Origin: Lachnospiraceae bacterium
Lineage (GTDB): Bacteria > Bacillota > Clostridia > Lachnospirales > Lachnospiraceae
Reading direction: 5' to 3'
Length of the DNA: 64,000 bases
NCBI GenBank assembly: GCA_022797375.1
Contig: JAAWKM010000001.1
Location: 2,332-66,331 of the forward strand
The notes under the pieces were generated by a model. That model worked only from the letters and a program-made list of their open reading frames with translations, ran no database searches and was not told the DNA's origin. Position numbers and translations under genes: made by a program. Shown here in pieces: positions 18,515-28,258 of the stretch (positions are counted from its first letter, which is position 1; every line of letters starts with the position of its first letter).

Positions 18515-21016
18515 ATGGCTAAAGAGAATTTTATTGACAGGTTAAAACATGGGAAACTGGTTCTTGACGGGGCGACAGGTTCTAATTTACAGAAGCGCGG
18601 GATGCCTGCTGGTGTATGCCCTGAAGAATGGATTTTAGAAAATAAAGATGTGCTTAAGAATTTACAGATAGAATATATAAAGGCTGGTTCAGATGTGCTT
18701 TATGCACCAACATTTTCTGGAAACAGGATTAAACTTGCAGAATATGGGCTTGCGGATAATGCCAGGGACATTAATATGAGGCTTGTAGATATTTCAAAGG
18801 AAGCTGTCCGGGATGCAGATGCAGGCAGGGATATTTATATTGCTGGTGATATAACCATGACTGGAAAACAGGTATATCCTGCTGGAAATCTTATGTTTGA
18901 AGAACTTGTGGATATTTACAAAGAGCAGGTAATGTATCTTTATGAAGCAGGTGTGGATTTTATTGTTGTAGAAACAATGATGAGCCTGCAGGAATGCCGT
19001 GCTGCGGTTATTGCAGTTAAAGAAACATGTAACCTGCCAGTAATGGTTACTCTTACATTTAATGAAGACGGGCGTACATTGTATGGAACAGACCCAGGGA
19101 CAGCCGCACTTGTTTTAAATGCGCTTGGTGTGGATGCTGTTGGTGTAAACTGTTCAACTGGTCCTGGCAAAATGGTGCAGACCGTAAAGAAGATGGCAGA
19201 ATATGCAGATATCCCTGTCGCCGCAAAACCAAATGCAGGGCTTCCACAGCTTGATGCAGATGGGAATACAGTGTATGATTTAGAACCAGATGGTTTTGCA
19301 GAGGAGATGCTTGCACTTGTGGAGGCAGGCGCTGATATCCTTGGTGGCTGCTGTGGTACTACTCCGACGCATATACAGGCACTTTGTTCTTTATTGGAAG
19401 AGAAATCATTAAAAGACAATGTTTTATTTACAGCGCGTAAAGGAAATGTTAAAAGACGTGCACTTTCAACGGAAAGGAATGTGCTGGATATAGAGCTTGG
19501 TGGCAATTTCATTGTGGTAGGTGAAAGGATTAACCCTACTGGGAAAAAGGCATTACAGGCGGAACTCCGTGAGGGCTGTTTTGATATTGTTACAGAGATG
19601 GCAGAGTCACAAGAGGAACTTGGAGCATCAGTGCTTGATGTGAATATGGGCATGAATGGTATTGATGAAAAGGAAATGATGGTTAAGGCTGTTAATGAAC
19701 TTTCTATTGCCAGCAACCTTCCACTTTCTATTGATTCAAGCCATCCTGATGTTGTGGAAGAGGCATTACGTATTTATCCAGGCAGGGCGTTAATAAATTC
19801 AATATCACTTGAACCTGGAAAGTTTGAAAGGCTTCTTCCTGTTGCCAAAAAGTATGGTGCAATGTTTATACTCCTGCCATTGTCTGAAAAAGGGCTTCCA
19901 AAAGATATGGCTGAGAAGAACAGCATAATCCATAGAATAATTGATGAAGCCTTAAAACAGGGGCTTTCAAAGGATGATATTATTGTTGACGGGCTTGTTG
20001 CAACAGTTGGGGCAAATAGCAGGGCTGCAATTGAAACGCTTGAAACTATAAGGTATTGTAAGAATGAACTGGAAGTTGCAACTATATGCGGGCTTTCCAA
20101 TATATCGTTCGGGCTTCCAGAAAGAATGTTTGTAAACAGCAGCTTTATGTCAATAGCAATAAGCCAGGGGCTTACTATGGCAATAGCTAACCCGTCACAG
20201 GACCTTTTAATGCATTCTGTATTTGCGGCAGAGCTTCTTATGGATAAACCAGAAGCTGGGACAGGTTATATTGGCAGGGTTACACAACATAAGGTCTCTG
20301 TTGTAAATGGTGAGATAAATCCAGAAGCAGCGGTAGTTAAGGCAGGAAGCAGTGAAAATATTTTAAATGGAAATATTTTAAATGGCAACTTGTGCGATTT
20401 GCTTTTTGAAGCAGTTGTAAAAGGAAAGCAGAATAAAATAGAAGAACTTGTAAAAGATGTTCTTGAAAATGGAAGAGGGGCACAGGATATTATTGATGGA
20501 AGCCTTATTCCTGCAATAAACCATGTCGGGGAACTTTTTGACAAGCAGATATATTTCCTGCCACAGCTAATTTCAAGTGCAAAGACAATGGAAAAAGGAA
20601 TAGCAGTTTTAGAGCCCTTACTTGCAGAGAACAGAAGCAAAGAACCTCTGGGCACTATAGTTATAGCTACAGTGGAGCATGATATACATGATATTGGGAA
20701 AAACCTTGTTGCATTAATGCTTAGGAATTATGGATATAATGTTATTGACCTCGGGAAAGATGTGCCTGCAGAAAAGATTGTAGATGCAGCTATAGCAGCA
20801 AAAGCAGATATTATAGGGCTTTCAGCCCTTATGACAACTACAATGATGGAAATGAAGAAGGTAACAGGGCTTGTACATGAAAAATATCCTGGCTGCAAAG
20901 TTATAATTGGTGGTGCAGTTATTACACAAGGGTTTGCGGATGAAATAGGGGCTGATGGGTATTCAAAGGATGCGCAGGAAGCAGTTGTTCTTGTAGAAAG
21001 ACTGTTAAACAATTAA
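18515..21016 (+). CDS. metH: Methionine synthase, cobalamin-dependent (no C-terminal AdoMet-activation domain)
   Basis: Hcy S-methyltransferase N-domain (GGCCGTTP), pterin-binding domain, B12 motif DIHDIG...; start at MAKENF after ggggg. Confidence 0.9.
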   Translation: MAKENFIDRLKHGKLVLDGATGSNLQKRGMPAGVCPEEWILENKDVLKNLQIEYIKAGSDVLYAPTFSGNRIKLAEYGLADNARDINMRLVDISKEAVRDADAGRDIYIAGDITMTGKQVYPAGNLMFEELVDIYKEQVMYLYEAGVDFIVVETMMSLQECRAAVIAVKETCNLPVMVTLTFNEDGRTLYGTDPGTAALVLNALGVDAVGVNCSTGPGKMVQTVKKMAEYADIPVAAKPNAGLPQLDADGNTVYDLEPDGFAEEMLALVEAGADILGGCCGTTPTHIQALCSLLEEKSLKDNVLFTARKGNVKRRALSTERNVLDIELGGNFIVVGERINPTGKKALQAELREGCFDIVTEMAESQEELGASVLDVNMGMNGIDEKEMMVKAVNELSIASNLPLSIDSSHPDVVEEALRIYPGRALINSISLEPGKFERLLPVAKKYGAMFILLPLSEKGLPKDMAEKNSIIHRIIDEALKQGLSKDDIIVDGLVATVGANSRAAIETLETIRYCKNELEVATICGLSNISFGLPERMFVNSSFMSIAISQGLTMAIANPSQDLLMHSVFAAELLMDKPEAGTGYIGRVTQHKVSVVNGEINPEAAVVKAGSSENILNGNILNGNLCDLLFEAVVKGKQNKIEELVKDVLENGRGAQDIIDGSLIPAINHVGELFDKQIYFLPQLISSAKTMEKGIAVLEPLLAENRSKEPLGTIVIATVEHDIHDIGKNLVALMLRNYGYNVIDLGKDVPAEKIVDAAIAAKADIIGLSALMTTTMMEMKKVTGLVHEKYPGCKVIIGGAVITQGFADEIGADGYSKDAQEAVVLVERLLNN

Positions 21017-21050
21017 CAGAAATTTTACAGACGGGAAGAAAGGAAACGTG

Positions 21051-21989
21051 ATGGAGGATAAAGCAGACAAGGAAATTAAACCAGGTGTGGATATTATAAT
21101 TCCAGTATATAAACCAGGGCCAGGATTTAAAAATATATTAGGAAGGTTATTAAAGCAGACTGTACAGGTAAACCATATTTACCTGTTACAGACACTTGAT
21201 AATGGCAGCAGCTTAATGGAAGGTCTGGCAGAGGGTATTGTTTCAGTACATCCTGTATTAAAGAAAGAATTTGACCATGGTGCTACAAGGCGTCTTGGTG
21301 CGGGGCTTTCAGATGCGGAATTCATGTTGTTTATGACACAGGATGCCATCCCTAAAGATAACAGGCTTGTTGAAAAGCTGCTTGTGCCTATGGCGGATAA
21401 AAATATTGCTATTTCATATGGACGGCAGATGGCAGGGAAAGATGCAGATATTCTTGAGAAAATGACCAGGAATTATAATTACCCTAAAGAAAGTTCTGTT
21501 AAATCAAAAAATGATATGGACAAACTTGGTATAAAAACATATTTCTGTTCTGATGTATGTGCAATGTACAGGAAAAGTGTATATGAAGAACTCGGAGGCT
21601 TTGTAAAAAAGACAATTTTTAATGAAGATATGATAATGGCATCCAAGGTTATTAATGCAGGCTATAATATTGCATACTGTGCAGAGGCTAAAGTAATACA
21701 TTCACATTCCTATACATGTATACAGCAGTTTAAAAGAAATTTTGACCTTGGGGTATCACAGAAACAATACAGTGAAATATTTGGAAATATTTCATCTGAA
21801 AAAGAGGGTGCAGGCTATGCCGGAAAAATAATAAAAAGTTTAATTAAACGTGGTAAGGTATTTAAGGCATTTTATTTTATATTACAATGTGTATTTAAAC
21901 TTGCGGGCTATAAAACAGGCATGTATTATGATAAGCTTCCAGAAAAGTTTATATTAAAATGTACAATGAATAAAGGTTACTGGGATTAA
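21051..21989 (+). CDS. Family 2 glycosyltransferase (rhamnosyltransferase-like)
   Basis: DIIIPVYKPG N-terminus, ...TQDAIP...; typical GT2 layout. Confidence 0.7.
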   Translation: MEDKADKEIKPGVDIIIPVYKPGPGFKNILGRLLKQTVQVNHIYLLQTLDNGSSLMEGLAEGIVSVHPVLKKEFDHGATRRLGAGLSDAEFMLFMTQDAIPKDNRLVEKLLVPMADKNIAISYGRQMAGKDADILEKMTRNYNYPKESSVKSKNDMDKLGIKTYFCSDVCAMYRKSVYEELGGFVKKTIFNEDMIMASKVINAGYNIAYCAEAKVIHSHSYTCIQQFKRNFDLGVSQKQYSEIFGNISSEKEGAGYAGKIIKSLIKRGKVFKAFYFILQCVFKLAGYKTGMYYDKLPEKFILKCTMNKGYWD

Positions 21990-22008
21990 TCCTGGTAACC
22001 TTTAATTA

Positions 22009-23034
22009 TTATTTTGATTTTTCAATTGTGTGCTGCCGTGTCTGTCCTGTTGTGAGGTTATATGTAAAAAGCCTGTTCTGGTCAAATGTTTCATAGAATA
22101 AGTATTCAGAAGTAAGGTTGAGATAATTATAATCTCCTTCTGAAATAAGGCTCGTTTCCATTGTTGGAAGCTCCAGTTTGTATAAACCATTTTCTGTGCC
22201 ATTATCAACCTGGTAAAATATTGTTGTGCCGTCTTCTGATATATTATAAGTAGCAAGGCGCTTGTTTATAAGGGTTTCAACAGAAGAACCATCAAGTGAA
22301 ACACGGCATAAACTGTAGTCCTGTTCCATATCCATAAAGTACAGGTAACTTCCCTGCCTTGCAAGGTTTGTGCAGTTACCAGCATATATTACCTGTGAAC
22401 CTGAACCGCTTGTTCCAAGTGAGTGTATGTAATGGTCTTTATTCCAGCCAGTATAGTATATCTTGCCATTATGTAATGCATAAGGGGCAGCAGGTTCATT
22501 AAGAAGTTTCTTATTATCATTGCCATCTATTTTTACAGAGTAAAGTTCAAGACCTTTTTTCTGGTCATAGTGCTGGTAGAAAATATCATTTCCATAAAGG
22601 CATACCACCTGTGTAGGGTCATCATATAATCTTTTAATGCCATGTCCTGATGTATTAACCCTGAAAAGTCCTGTTGTGCTTATTGATAATAATGCATCAA
22701 CATCATTTTTTATCTGGTCATTTCGTCTTGTATAAAAAATGTAGCTTCCAGCTGAGTTTATATAGCTTGCCCTGTCATCAAGCAGTTTTTTTGCATTGGA
22801 AAGGTCGCTGTCCATGCAATAAAGTTTATTTTCATCATAAGGGTTTGCAAAATATATTTTACCCTCATTCTCACAGAAAAGCCCTCCATTTAGAAGATTT
22901 CCACTTGTATTCCCGGTAGTGCTTTCATCATCATAAAATTTTGTGCGGTTTCCTGCCACCATTGTATAAATAATAAAGGCAACAGCAGCAACAGCTATTA
23001 TGCCCATAAAAATGCGCTTAAATATTTTTTTCAT
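22009..23034 (-). CDS. Membrane-anchored DUF5050-like beta-propeller protein
   Basis: N-terminal TM; repeated ...G..IY(F/Y).. blades (KIYFANPYD, YIFYTRRND, DIFYQHYD, KIYYTGWN, YLYFMD, TIFYQVDN). Confidence 0.6.
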   Translation of the reverse strand: MKKIFKRIFMGIIAVAAVAFIIYTMVAGNRTKFYDDESTTGNTSGNLLNGGLFCENEGKIYFANPYDENKLYCMDSDLSNAKKLLDDRASYINSAGSYIFYTRRNDQIKNDVDALLSISTTGLFRVNTSGHGIKRLYDDPTQVVCLYGNDIFYQHYDQKKGLELYSVKIDGNDNKKLLNEPAAPYALHNGKIYYTGWNKDHYIHSLGTSGSGSQVIYAGNCTNLARQGSYLYFMDMEQDYSLCRVSLDGSSVETLINKRLATYNISEDGTTIFYQVDNGTENGLYKLELPTMETSLISEGDYNYLNLTSEYLFYETFDQNRLFTYNLTTGQTRQHTIEKSK

Positions 23035-23211
23035 AATGCCAGTACCTTCCTTTATATAACTTAAATTTTATAAATAACCTGATTTAAGTATAACATATTT
23101 TATGTAAATGTGCACAAATTTCTTTTATTTTTTTAAGAATTTTTTAATAAAATCCCAAAGTACGGGAACCAGCACCTCCAAAGTGCACCTGTCATGGAAT
23201 AATAACAGCCT

Positions 23212-23277
23212 GGACGCAGAAACCCTGCGTCCGTTTCCCAGCACAGAATAACTGGGATTTTTATGAAACGGACGTGG
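23212..23277. repeat. Palindromic element related to 3251-3319, with two overlapping alternative hairpins
   Basis: ggacgcag...ctgcgtcc overlaps cgtccgtttc...gaaacggacg; shares gggatttttatgaaacggacgtg with 3297-3319. Confidence 0.5.
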
Positions 23278-23407
23278 TAAATTTTTAGAAAATACTTGAA
23301 ACAACAAATACATTGTGGTATACTGTACAAGTACGTTGTTTTGTATTTTATACATACAGTGGTATTTTTAACTATATATTGGTTACACTGGAATGGAGGA
23401 TATTTTT

Positions 23408-23656
23408 ATGATTAAGATGATTCATGGCATTATGTTAATTGTATACATTATTGTATCTGTTGCATTAGCTGTTATTGTACTTATGCAGGAAGGCAAGCAG
23501 GCAGGCCTGACAGGGGCAATTAGTGGTGCTGCTGAAACTTACTGGGGTAAGAACAAGGGACGTTCAATGGAAGGCGGGCTTGTACTTGCAACTAGAATTC
23601 TTGCAGCAGTATTTATCGTGCTTTCATTGTTATTAAATCTTAGTATTTTTTCATAA
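23408..23656 (+). CDS. secG: Preprotein translocase subunit SecG
   Basis: 82 aa, two TM helices, VLMQEGKQAGL signature; SD tggagga. Confidence 0.85.
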   Translation: MIKMIHGIMLIVYIIVSVALAVIVLMQEGKQAGLTGAISGAAETYWGKNKGRSMEGGLVLATRILAAVFIVLSLLLNLSIFS

Positions 23657-23892
23657 ACATTATAGCTTTTTATATTAGCTTTTGCAATATAAAAGGTATT
23701 TGTAATGGTGCGGAAGGTAACAGTCCAGTCTTCTATGAAAATGCGGGGATTTTTGGCTTGCCTTTCGTCAAAAATATGAGTTTTACAGTGCTATTTTGTA
23801 TATTTTTTATGCAAAATGTATAACCAGTGCTGGAAGTACTGTTATGTTACTATTAAGCCATAAGGCTGGATAGTAACTACGAAAGCTTAGTG

Positions 23893-23926
23893 GTGCAGCG
23901 TATGGATATTACGTTGCACTTTTTTT
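23893..23926 (+). terminator. Rho-independent terminator about 235 nt downstream of secG
   Basis: gtgcagcgta/tacgttgcac 10-bp stem (one G-U), 7-nt loop, ttttttt. Confidence 0.65.
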
Positions 23927-24065
23927 ACTATTATAGAGAAAACTGTACTGCCTGGGATAAATATAACAACGGACAGGAATCCAGTTATATTGCTGCTTTG
24001 CAGCATTTTTGCAGAAGCAGGTGCTTATGTAAAATATAAAAATGGAAAACGGGGGAGGAATGGAT

Positions 24066-26804
24066 ATGACAAGAGAAGAACTGGATAGTAAAAAAAGGCT
24101 TATTCTGGAGTTCGCTGCATCAAAGACATACAGGCCTATGACTGTTAAAGAAATGGGTGTTGTACTGCAGGTTCCTTCTAAGCAGAAAAAAGATTTGCGT
24201 AAGGTAATTGAAGAACTTTCCGGGGAAGGGAAATTGCAAGTTAATTCCAAAGGCAGGATTAAGCTTATGCCTGATAATATTAAAACTGGAAAGTATATGG
24301 GTACACAGAGGGATTTTGGATTTGTCAGGATTGAAGGTGAAGAAGAAGATATTTATATTGCAGGGGGACATGCTAAAGGTGCAGTTGATGGTGATACAGT
24401 AAGGGTTGCCATTGAAGAAAAAAAGAATGGCAAGAAACGTGAAGGTACTGTAACTGAAATTGTAGAAAGAGGCAATGGTGTAATTGTAGGTACTTATTCT
24501 AAAAGTAAAAACTTTGGTTTTGTAATTGCGGATAACCAGAAGTTTGGAAAGGACATTTATATTCCAAAAGCTTGTGGCAGAGGGGCAATTACAGGACATA
24601 AAGTAGTTGTTGAAATTACAGATTATGGCAGTGGCAGCAGAAACCCTGAAGGACGCGTTATAGAAATTATAGGACATATCAATGACCCTGGCGTTGATAT
24701 AAAATCCATTATTAAGGCTTATGGGCTTCCAGAAGCATACCCGGAAGCTGTAATGGAGCAGGTGGAGAAGACAGAGGACACAGTTAGTGAAGCAGAGAAA
24801 GAAGGCAGGGCTGACTACAGGGATTTACAGACAGTTACAATAGATGGCGAAGATGCGAAAGACCTTGATGATGCAATTACATTGTCAAAAGAGGGAGATA
24901 TTTATAAGCTTGGAGTCCATATAGCTGATGTAAGTTATTATGTTAAGGAGAATTCACCTCTTGATAAAGAAGCATTAAAACGTGGCACAAGTGTTTATCT
25001 TGTGGACAGGGTTATCCCTATGCTTCCCCATAAACTTTCTAATGGTATATGTTCACTTAACCAGGGGGAGGACAGGCTTGCGCTTTCATGTGTTATGGAT
25101 ATAAACCAGTCTGGAGAGATTATAAGCCATAAGATAGAAGAGAGTGTTATTAATGTAGACAGAAGGATGTCATATACCAGTGTAAATAAAATAATTGAGC
25201 TGGAGGATAAGGAAGAACAGGAGAAATATAGGGAATTTATCCCTATGTTTGCCCTTATGTATGAAGTTGCTGCTATTTTAAGGAAAAGAAGGTTTAAACG
25301 GGGTTCGGTTGATTTTGATTTTCCTGAAAGTAAAATTATACTTGATGAAAAGGGGAAGCCATTAGAAATTAAAGAGTATGAAAGGAATAATGCCCACAGG
25401 ATTATAGAGGAATTTATGCTTGCTGCCAACCAGACGGTTGCAGAGGAATATTTCTGGCAGGAACTTCCTTTTGTATACCGTGTGCATGATACACCTGACA
25501 GTGAAAAAATATTGCAGCTTGGCATTTTTGTAAATAATTTTGGCTATACATTAAAAACAGGGGCAAATGATGAAATACATCCAAAGGAAATACAGAAACT
25601 TTTAAATAATGTGAAAGGAAAACCAGAAGAAGCATTAATCAGTAAGCTTGCTCTCCGTTCAATGAGGCAGGCAAAGTATGCTACAAACTGCGGCGGGCAT
25701 TTCGGTCTGGCAATGAAATATTATTGTCACTTTACTTCACCAATAAGGCGTTATCCTGATTTACAGATACACCGTATTATTAAGGAAAATATTCATGGAA
25801 GGCTTGAGGACAGCAGAATCAGCCATTATAATAAAATACTTCCAGAAGTAGCAGAAGCATCAAGTATGCTTGAGAGGCGCGCAGATGATTCAGAACGTGA
25901 AGTTGAGAAGCTTAAAAAAGCTGAGTATATGGAACAGTTTATTGGTGAGAGCTTTGAGGGAATGATTTCTGGTGTTACATCATGGGGCATGTATGTAGAA
26001 CTTCCTAATACTGTTGAAGGAATGGTTAAAGTTGCTGATATACCAGGGGATTACTATTTCTTTGATGAAGAACATTACAGTATGACAGGAGAGCATACAG
26101 GAAGGACGTATAAGCTTGGTGATAAAATAAAGGTTACAGTTTCTGCTGTTGACAGGGTTATTAAAACAATTGATTTTATAATTGCAGAAGAGGACGAAGA
26201 GGGCAGGGAAACAGCCAGGCTGGATAAGAAGAAGATAAAGAAAGCCAAAAAAGATAACAGGCAAAAGGATAAAAAGACAGATGGGACTGCTTCTAAAGAA
26301 TTAAAGAATAAAGAACTTAAAAATAAAAAACCAGAAAATAAAGAAATAGCTAAACAGGAGATAAAATTAAAAGAAAAAGAAAAGAAGCTTATTCCATTGT
26401 TTGCACCTGTAAGGGAAAAGAAGCTTAGACGTACAGCAGGTACCAGAAAAAAGAAAAAGCAGGAAAAAAGGCTGGGAGGAATTTTTGTAAGCCCACTTGA
26501 CAGGCGTATGAGAATGATTGTAAAGAAAAAGCCGGTTATAAATGTTCCTGTTTCACCAAAGCGTGTTGTAAGAATTAATACAGGGGATGTTATTAAAAAT
26601 GTTGCAAAGACGGGTATAAGCAAAAGCGGTATAAGAAAACCTGTAAAAGCTTCAAAAATAAAGAGGGGCAGTAAGGCAGCAGTTTACAAGACAGGCGGTA
26701 AGCGTCTGCATTCTGCAGGAAAACAGGCGGTACAAAACAGAGTACTTGTAAAAAGAAGACGCATAATAACTGCAAAGAAGCGTAAAGGTTCTAATAATAA
26801 TTAG
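24066..26804 (+). CDS. rnr: Ribonuclease R with a long Lys-rich C-terminal tail
   Basis: RNB domain (DGEDAKDLDDAI, ...HFGL...YCHFTSPIRRYPD), S1 domain, then a roughly 200-aa K/R-rich tail. Confidence 0.9.
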   Translation: MTREELDSKKRLILEFAASKTYRPMTVKEMGVVLQVPSKQKKDLRKVIEELSGEGKLQVNSKGRIKLMPDNIKTGKYMGTQRDFGFVRIEGEEEDIYIAGGHAKGAVDGDTVRVAIEEKKNGKKREGTVTEIVERGNGVIVGTYSKSKNFGFVIADNQKFGKDIYIPKACGRGAITGHKVVVEITDYGSGSRNPEGRVIEIIGHINDPGVDIKSIIKAYGLPEAYPEAVMEQVEKTEDTVSEAEKEGRADYRDLQTVTIDGEDAKDLDDAITLSKEGDIYKLGVHIADVSYYVKENSPLDKEALKRGTSVYLVDRVIPMLPHKLSNGICSLNQGEDRLALSCVMDINQSGEIISHKIEESVINVDRRMSYTSVNKIIELEDKEEQEKYREFIPMFALMYEVAAILRKRRFKRGSVDFDFPESKIILDEKGKPLEIKEYERNNAHRIIEEFMLAANQTVAEEYFWQELPFVYRVHDTPDSEKILQLGIFVNNFGYTLKTGANDEIHPKEIQKLLNNVKGKPEEALISKLALRSMRQAKYATNCGGHFGLAMKYYCHFTSPIRRYPDLQIHRIIKENIHGRLEDSRISHYNKILPEVAEASSMLERRADDSEREVEKLKKAEYMEQFIGESFEGMISGVTSWGMYVELPNTVEGMVKVADIPGDYYFFDEEHYSMTGEHTGRTYKLGDKIKVTVSAVDRVIKTIDFIIAEEDEEGRETARLDKKKIKKAKKDNRQKDKKTDGTASKELKNKELKNKKPENKEIAKQEIKLKEKEKKLIPLFAPVREKKLRRTAGTRKKKKQEKRLGGIFVSPLDRRMRMIVKKKPVINVPVSPKRVVRINTGDVIKNVAKTGISKSGIRKPVKASKIKRGSKAAVYKTGGKRLHSAGKQAVQNRVLVKRRRIITAKKRKGSNNN

Positions 26805-26833
26805 TATATTGAAAGGATATGGTTATTTGTAAT

Positions 26834-27301
26834 ATGGCAAAGAAAACTACTAAATTAGTAGCAGGCAATAAAAAGGCATTCCATGAATATTTTATTGAAG
26901 AAAAGTATGAAGCTGGAATATCACTTGCTGGTACAGAAGTAAAGTCGCTCCGTATGGGCAAATGCAGTATTAAAGAGGCTTTTGTACGTCTGTACAGAGG
27001 TGAAATATATGTTTATAATATGCATATAAGTCCATATGAGAAAGGGAATATTTTTAATAAAGACCCCATAAGGACAAGAAAGCTCCTTCTGCACCGTCAT
27101 GAGATACGTAAAATTGAAGGCCAGATAGCACAGAAGGGTTATACAATGGTCCCACTAAATGTATATTTCAAAGGAAGCCTTGTAAAAGTTGAAATTGGTC
27201 TTGCAAAGGGTAAGAAACTTTATGATAAGAGACAGGATATTGCTAAAAAAGACCAGCGCAGGGAGGCAGAAAGGAAGTTTAAGGTACAAAATCTTTATTG
27301 A
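26834..27301 (+). CDS. smpB: SsrA-binding protein SmpB
   Basis: [29 protein letters not shown]... canonical SmpB N-terminus. Confidence 0.9.
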   Translation: MAKKTTKLVAGNKKAFHEYFIEEKYEAGISLAGTEVKSLRMGKCSIKEAFVRLYRGEIYVYNMHISPYEKGNIFNKDPIRTRKLLLHRHEIRKIEGQIAQKGYTMVPLNVYFKGSLVKVEIGLAKGKKLYDKRQDIAKKDQRREAERKFKVQNLY

Positions 27302-27483
27302 ATCCAGCGTAATAATCCAGCCTTCCATAATTAAGCTGTGCCTGTTGGATTTATTTTTTGACAAATATCCAGATATGTGTTATAGTATAAAAATGTATTA
27401 ATTGTATATATTTATAATAAGTATTCCCGTACCATGTCCAGATATGTATTGCGGGACATGGTACGGGGTTAAATAGTAAACAA

Positions 27484-27824
27484 GGGGTTGTACTGGTTTC
27501 GACGGGTCTTTTGAAGATGGAGAAGCTGTCCGTAGCGGGCACTACGTTAAAAGTCCAACTAAAATATAAACGCTGAAGACAATTTAGCATTAGCTGCCTA
27601 AGCGCAGCTCACTGGCCTCCGCTTTCCGCGGCGGGGATAACCAGTGTCACCCCAGCGGAACACTCTGTTGCTAAAGCTTTGAAGCAGCAGAAAATTCATG
27701 AAGCTACTAAAGGGTAAAGCCTGCTAGTGGGCGTTACCTGGAGGGAATGTCTAAACACTTGCTATGACAGTAGAAGTACATTGGATCTGGGTCCGGACAG
27801 GGGTTCGACTCCCCTCAGCTCCAC
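27484..27824 (+). ncRNA. ssrA: tmRNA (SsrA)
   Basis: 5' ggggttgtactggtttcgacggg; tag reading frame ending AEDNLALAA-TAA (27572-27601); 3' T-arm ggggttcgactcccc; acceptor GGGGUUG/CAGCUCC with G3-U; directly follows smpB. Confidence 0.9.
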
Positions 27825-27832
27825 TTTTAAAA

Positions 27833-27863
27833 AGCCTGTAAATGCCATATTTACAGGCTTTTG
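27833..27863 (+). terminator. tmRNA terminator
   Basis: agcctgtaaat/atttacaggct 11-bp stem, 5-nt loop, tttt. Confidence 0.8.
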
Positions 27864-28045
27864 TTATCTGGCATTGTCTATAAAAATACCATTTCAGACC
27901 GTCATAGACCGTTATAATTGGGGTCAAAAAAATAATTAAAAATAAACATGTAAAAGGCTATATTTTGTTATTAATAAATGCAACTTTTGAAAATACATAT
28001 TAGATATAGATAAAAAATTTAGTTAATTTTGGAGGACAGTATTAA

Positions 28046-28258
28046 GTGAAATTATTAAGCAGACATGAAAAAACAATAGTGGTATTATTTATAATTGCTA
28101 CTTTTTTATTAATAGTATCTCTTTTACCAGGAGGATATGAAGAAGCAACAAACATATTACAAGGATTGGCAACAGGAGTAATAAGTGGTATTGTATTATT
28201 ATTTATTAATGGTATAAAAAGCAAGGAGTATAGACAATTAACTGAAATTATTGTCTGA
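28046..28258 (+). CDS. Small 2-TM membrane protein, hypothetical
   Basis: 70-aa ORF, GTG start 12 nt after ggagg; two hydrophobic helices; only plus-strand ORF at the island edge. Confidence 0.4.
   Translation: MKLLSRHEKTIVVLFIIATFLLIVSLLPGGYEEATNILQGLATGVISGIVLLFINGIKSKEYRQLTEIIV

Noticed and set aside
27864-28240. Integrase gene or att repeat next to the tmRNA
   Set aside because: The interval holds only a 70-aa TM ORF. No tyrosine or serine recombinase motifs occur anywhere in the window.
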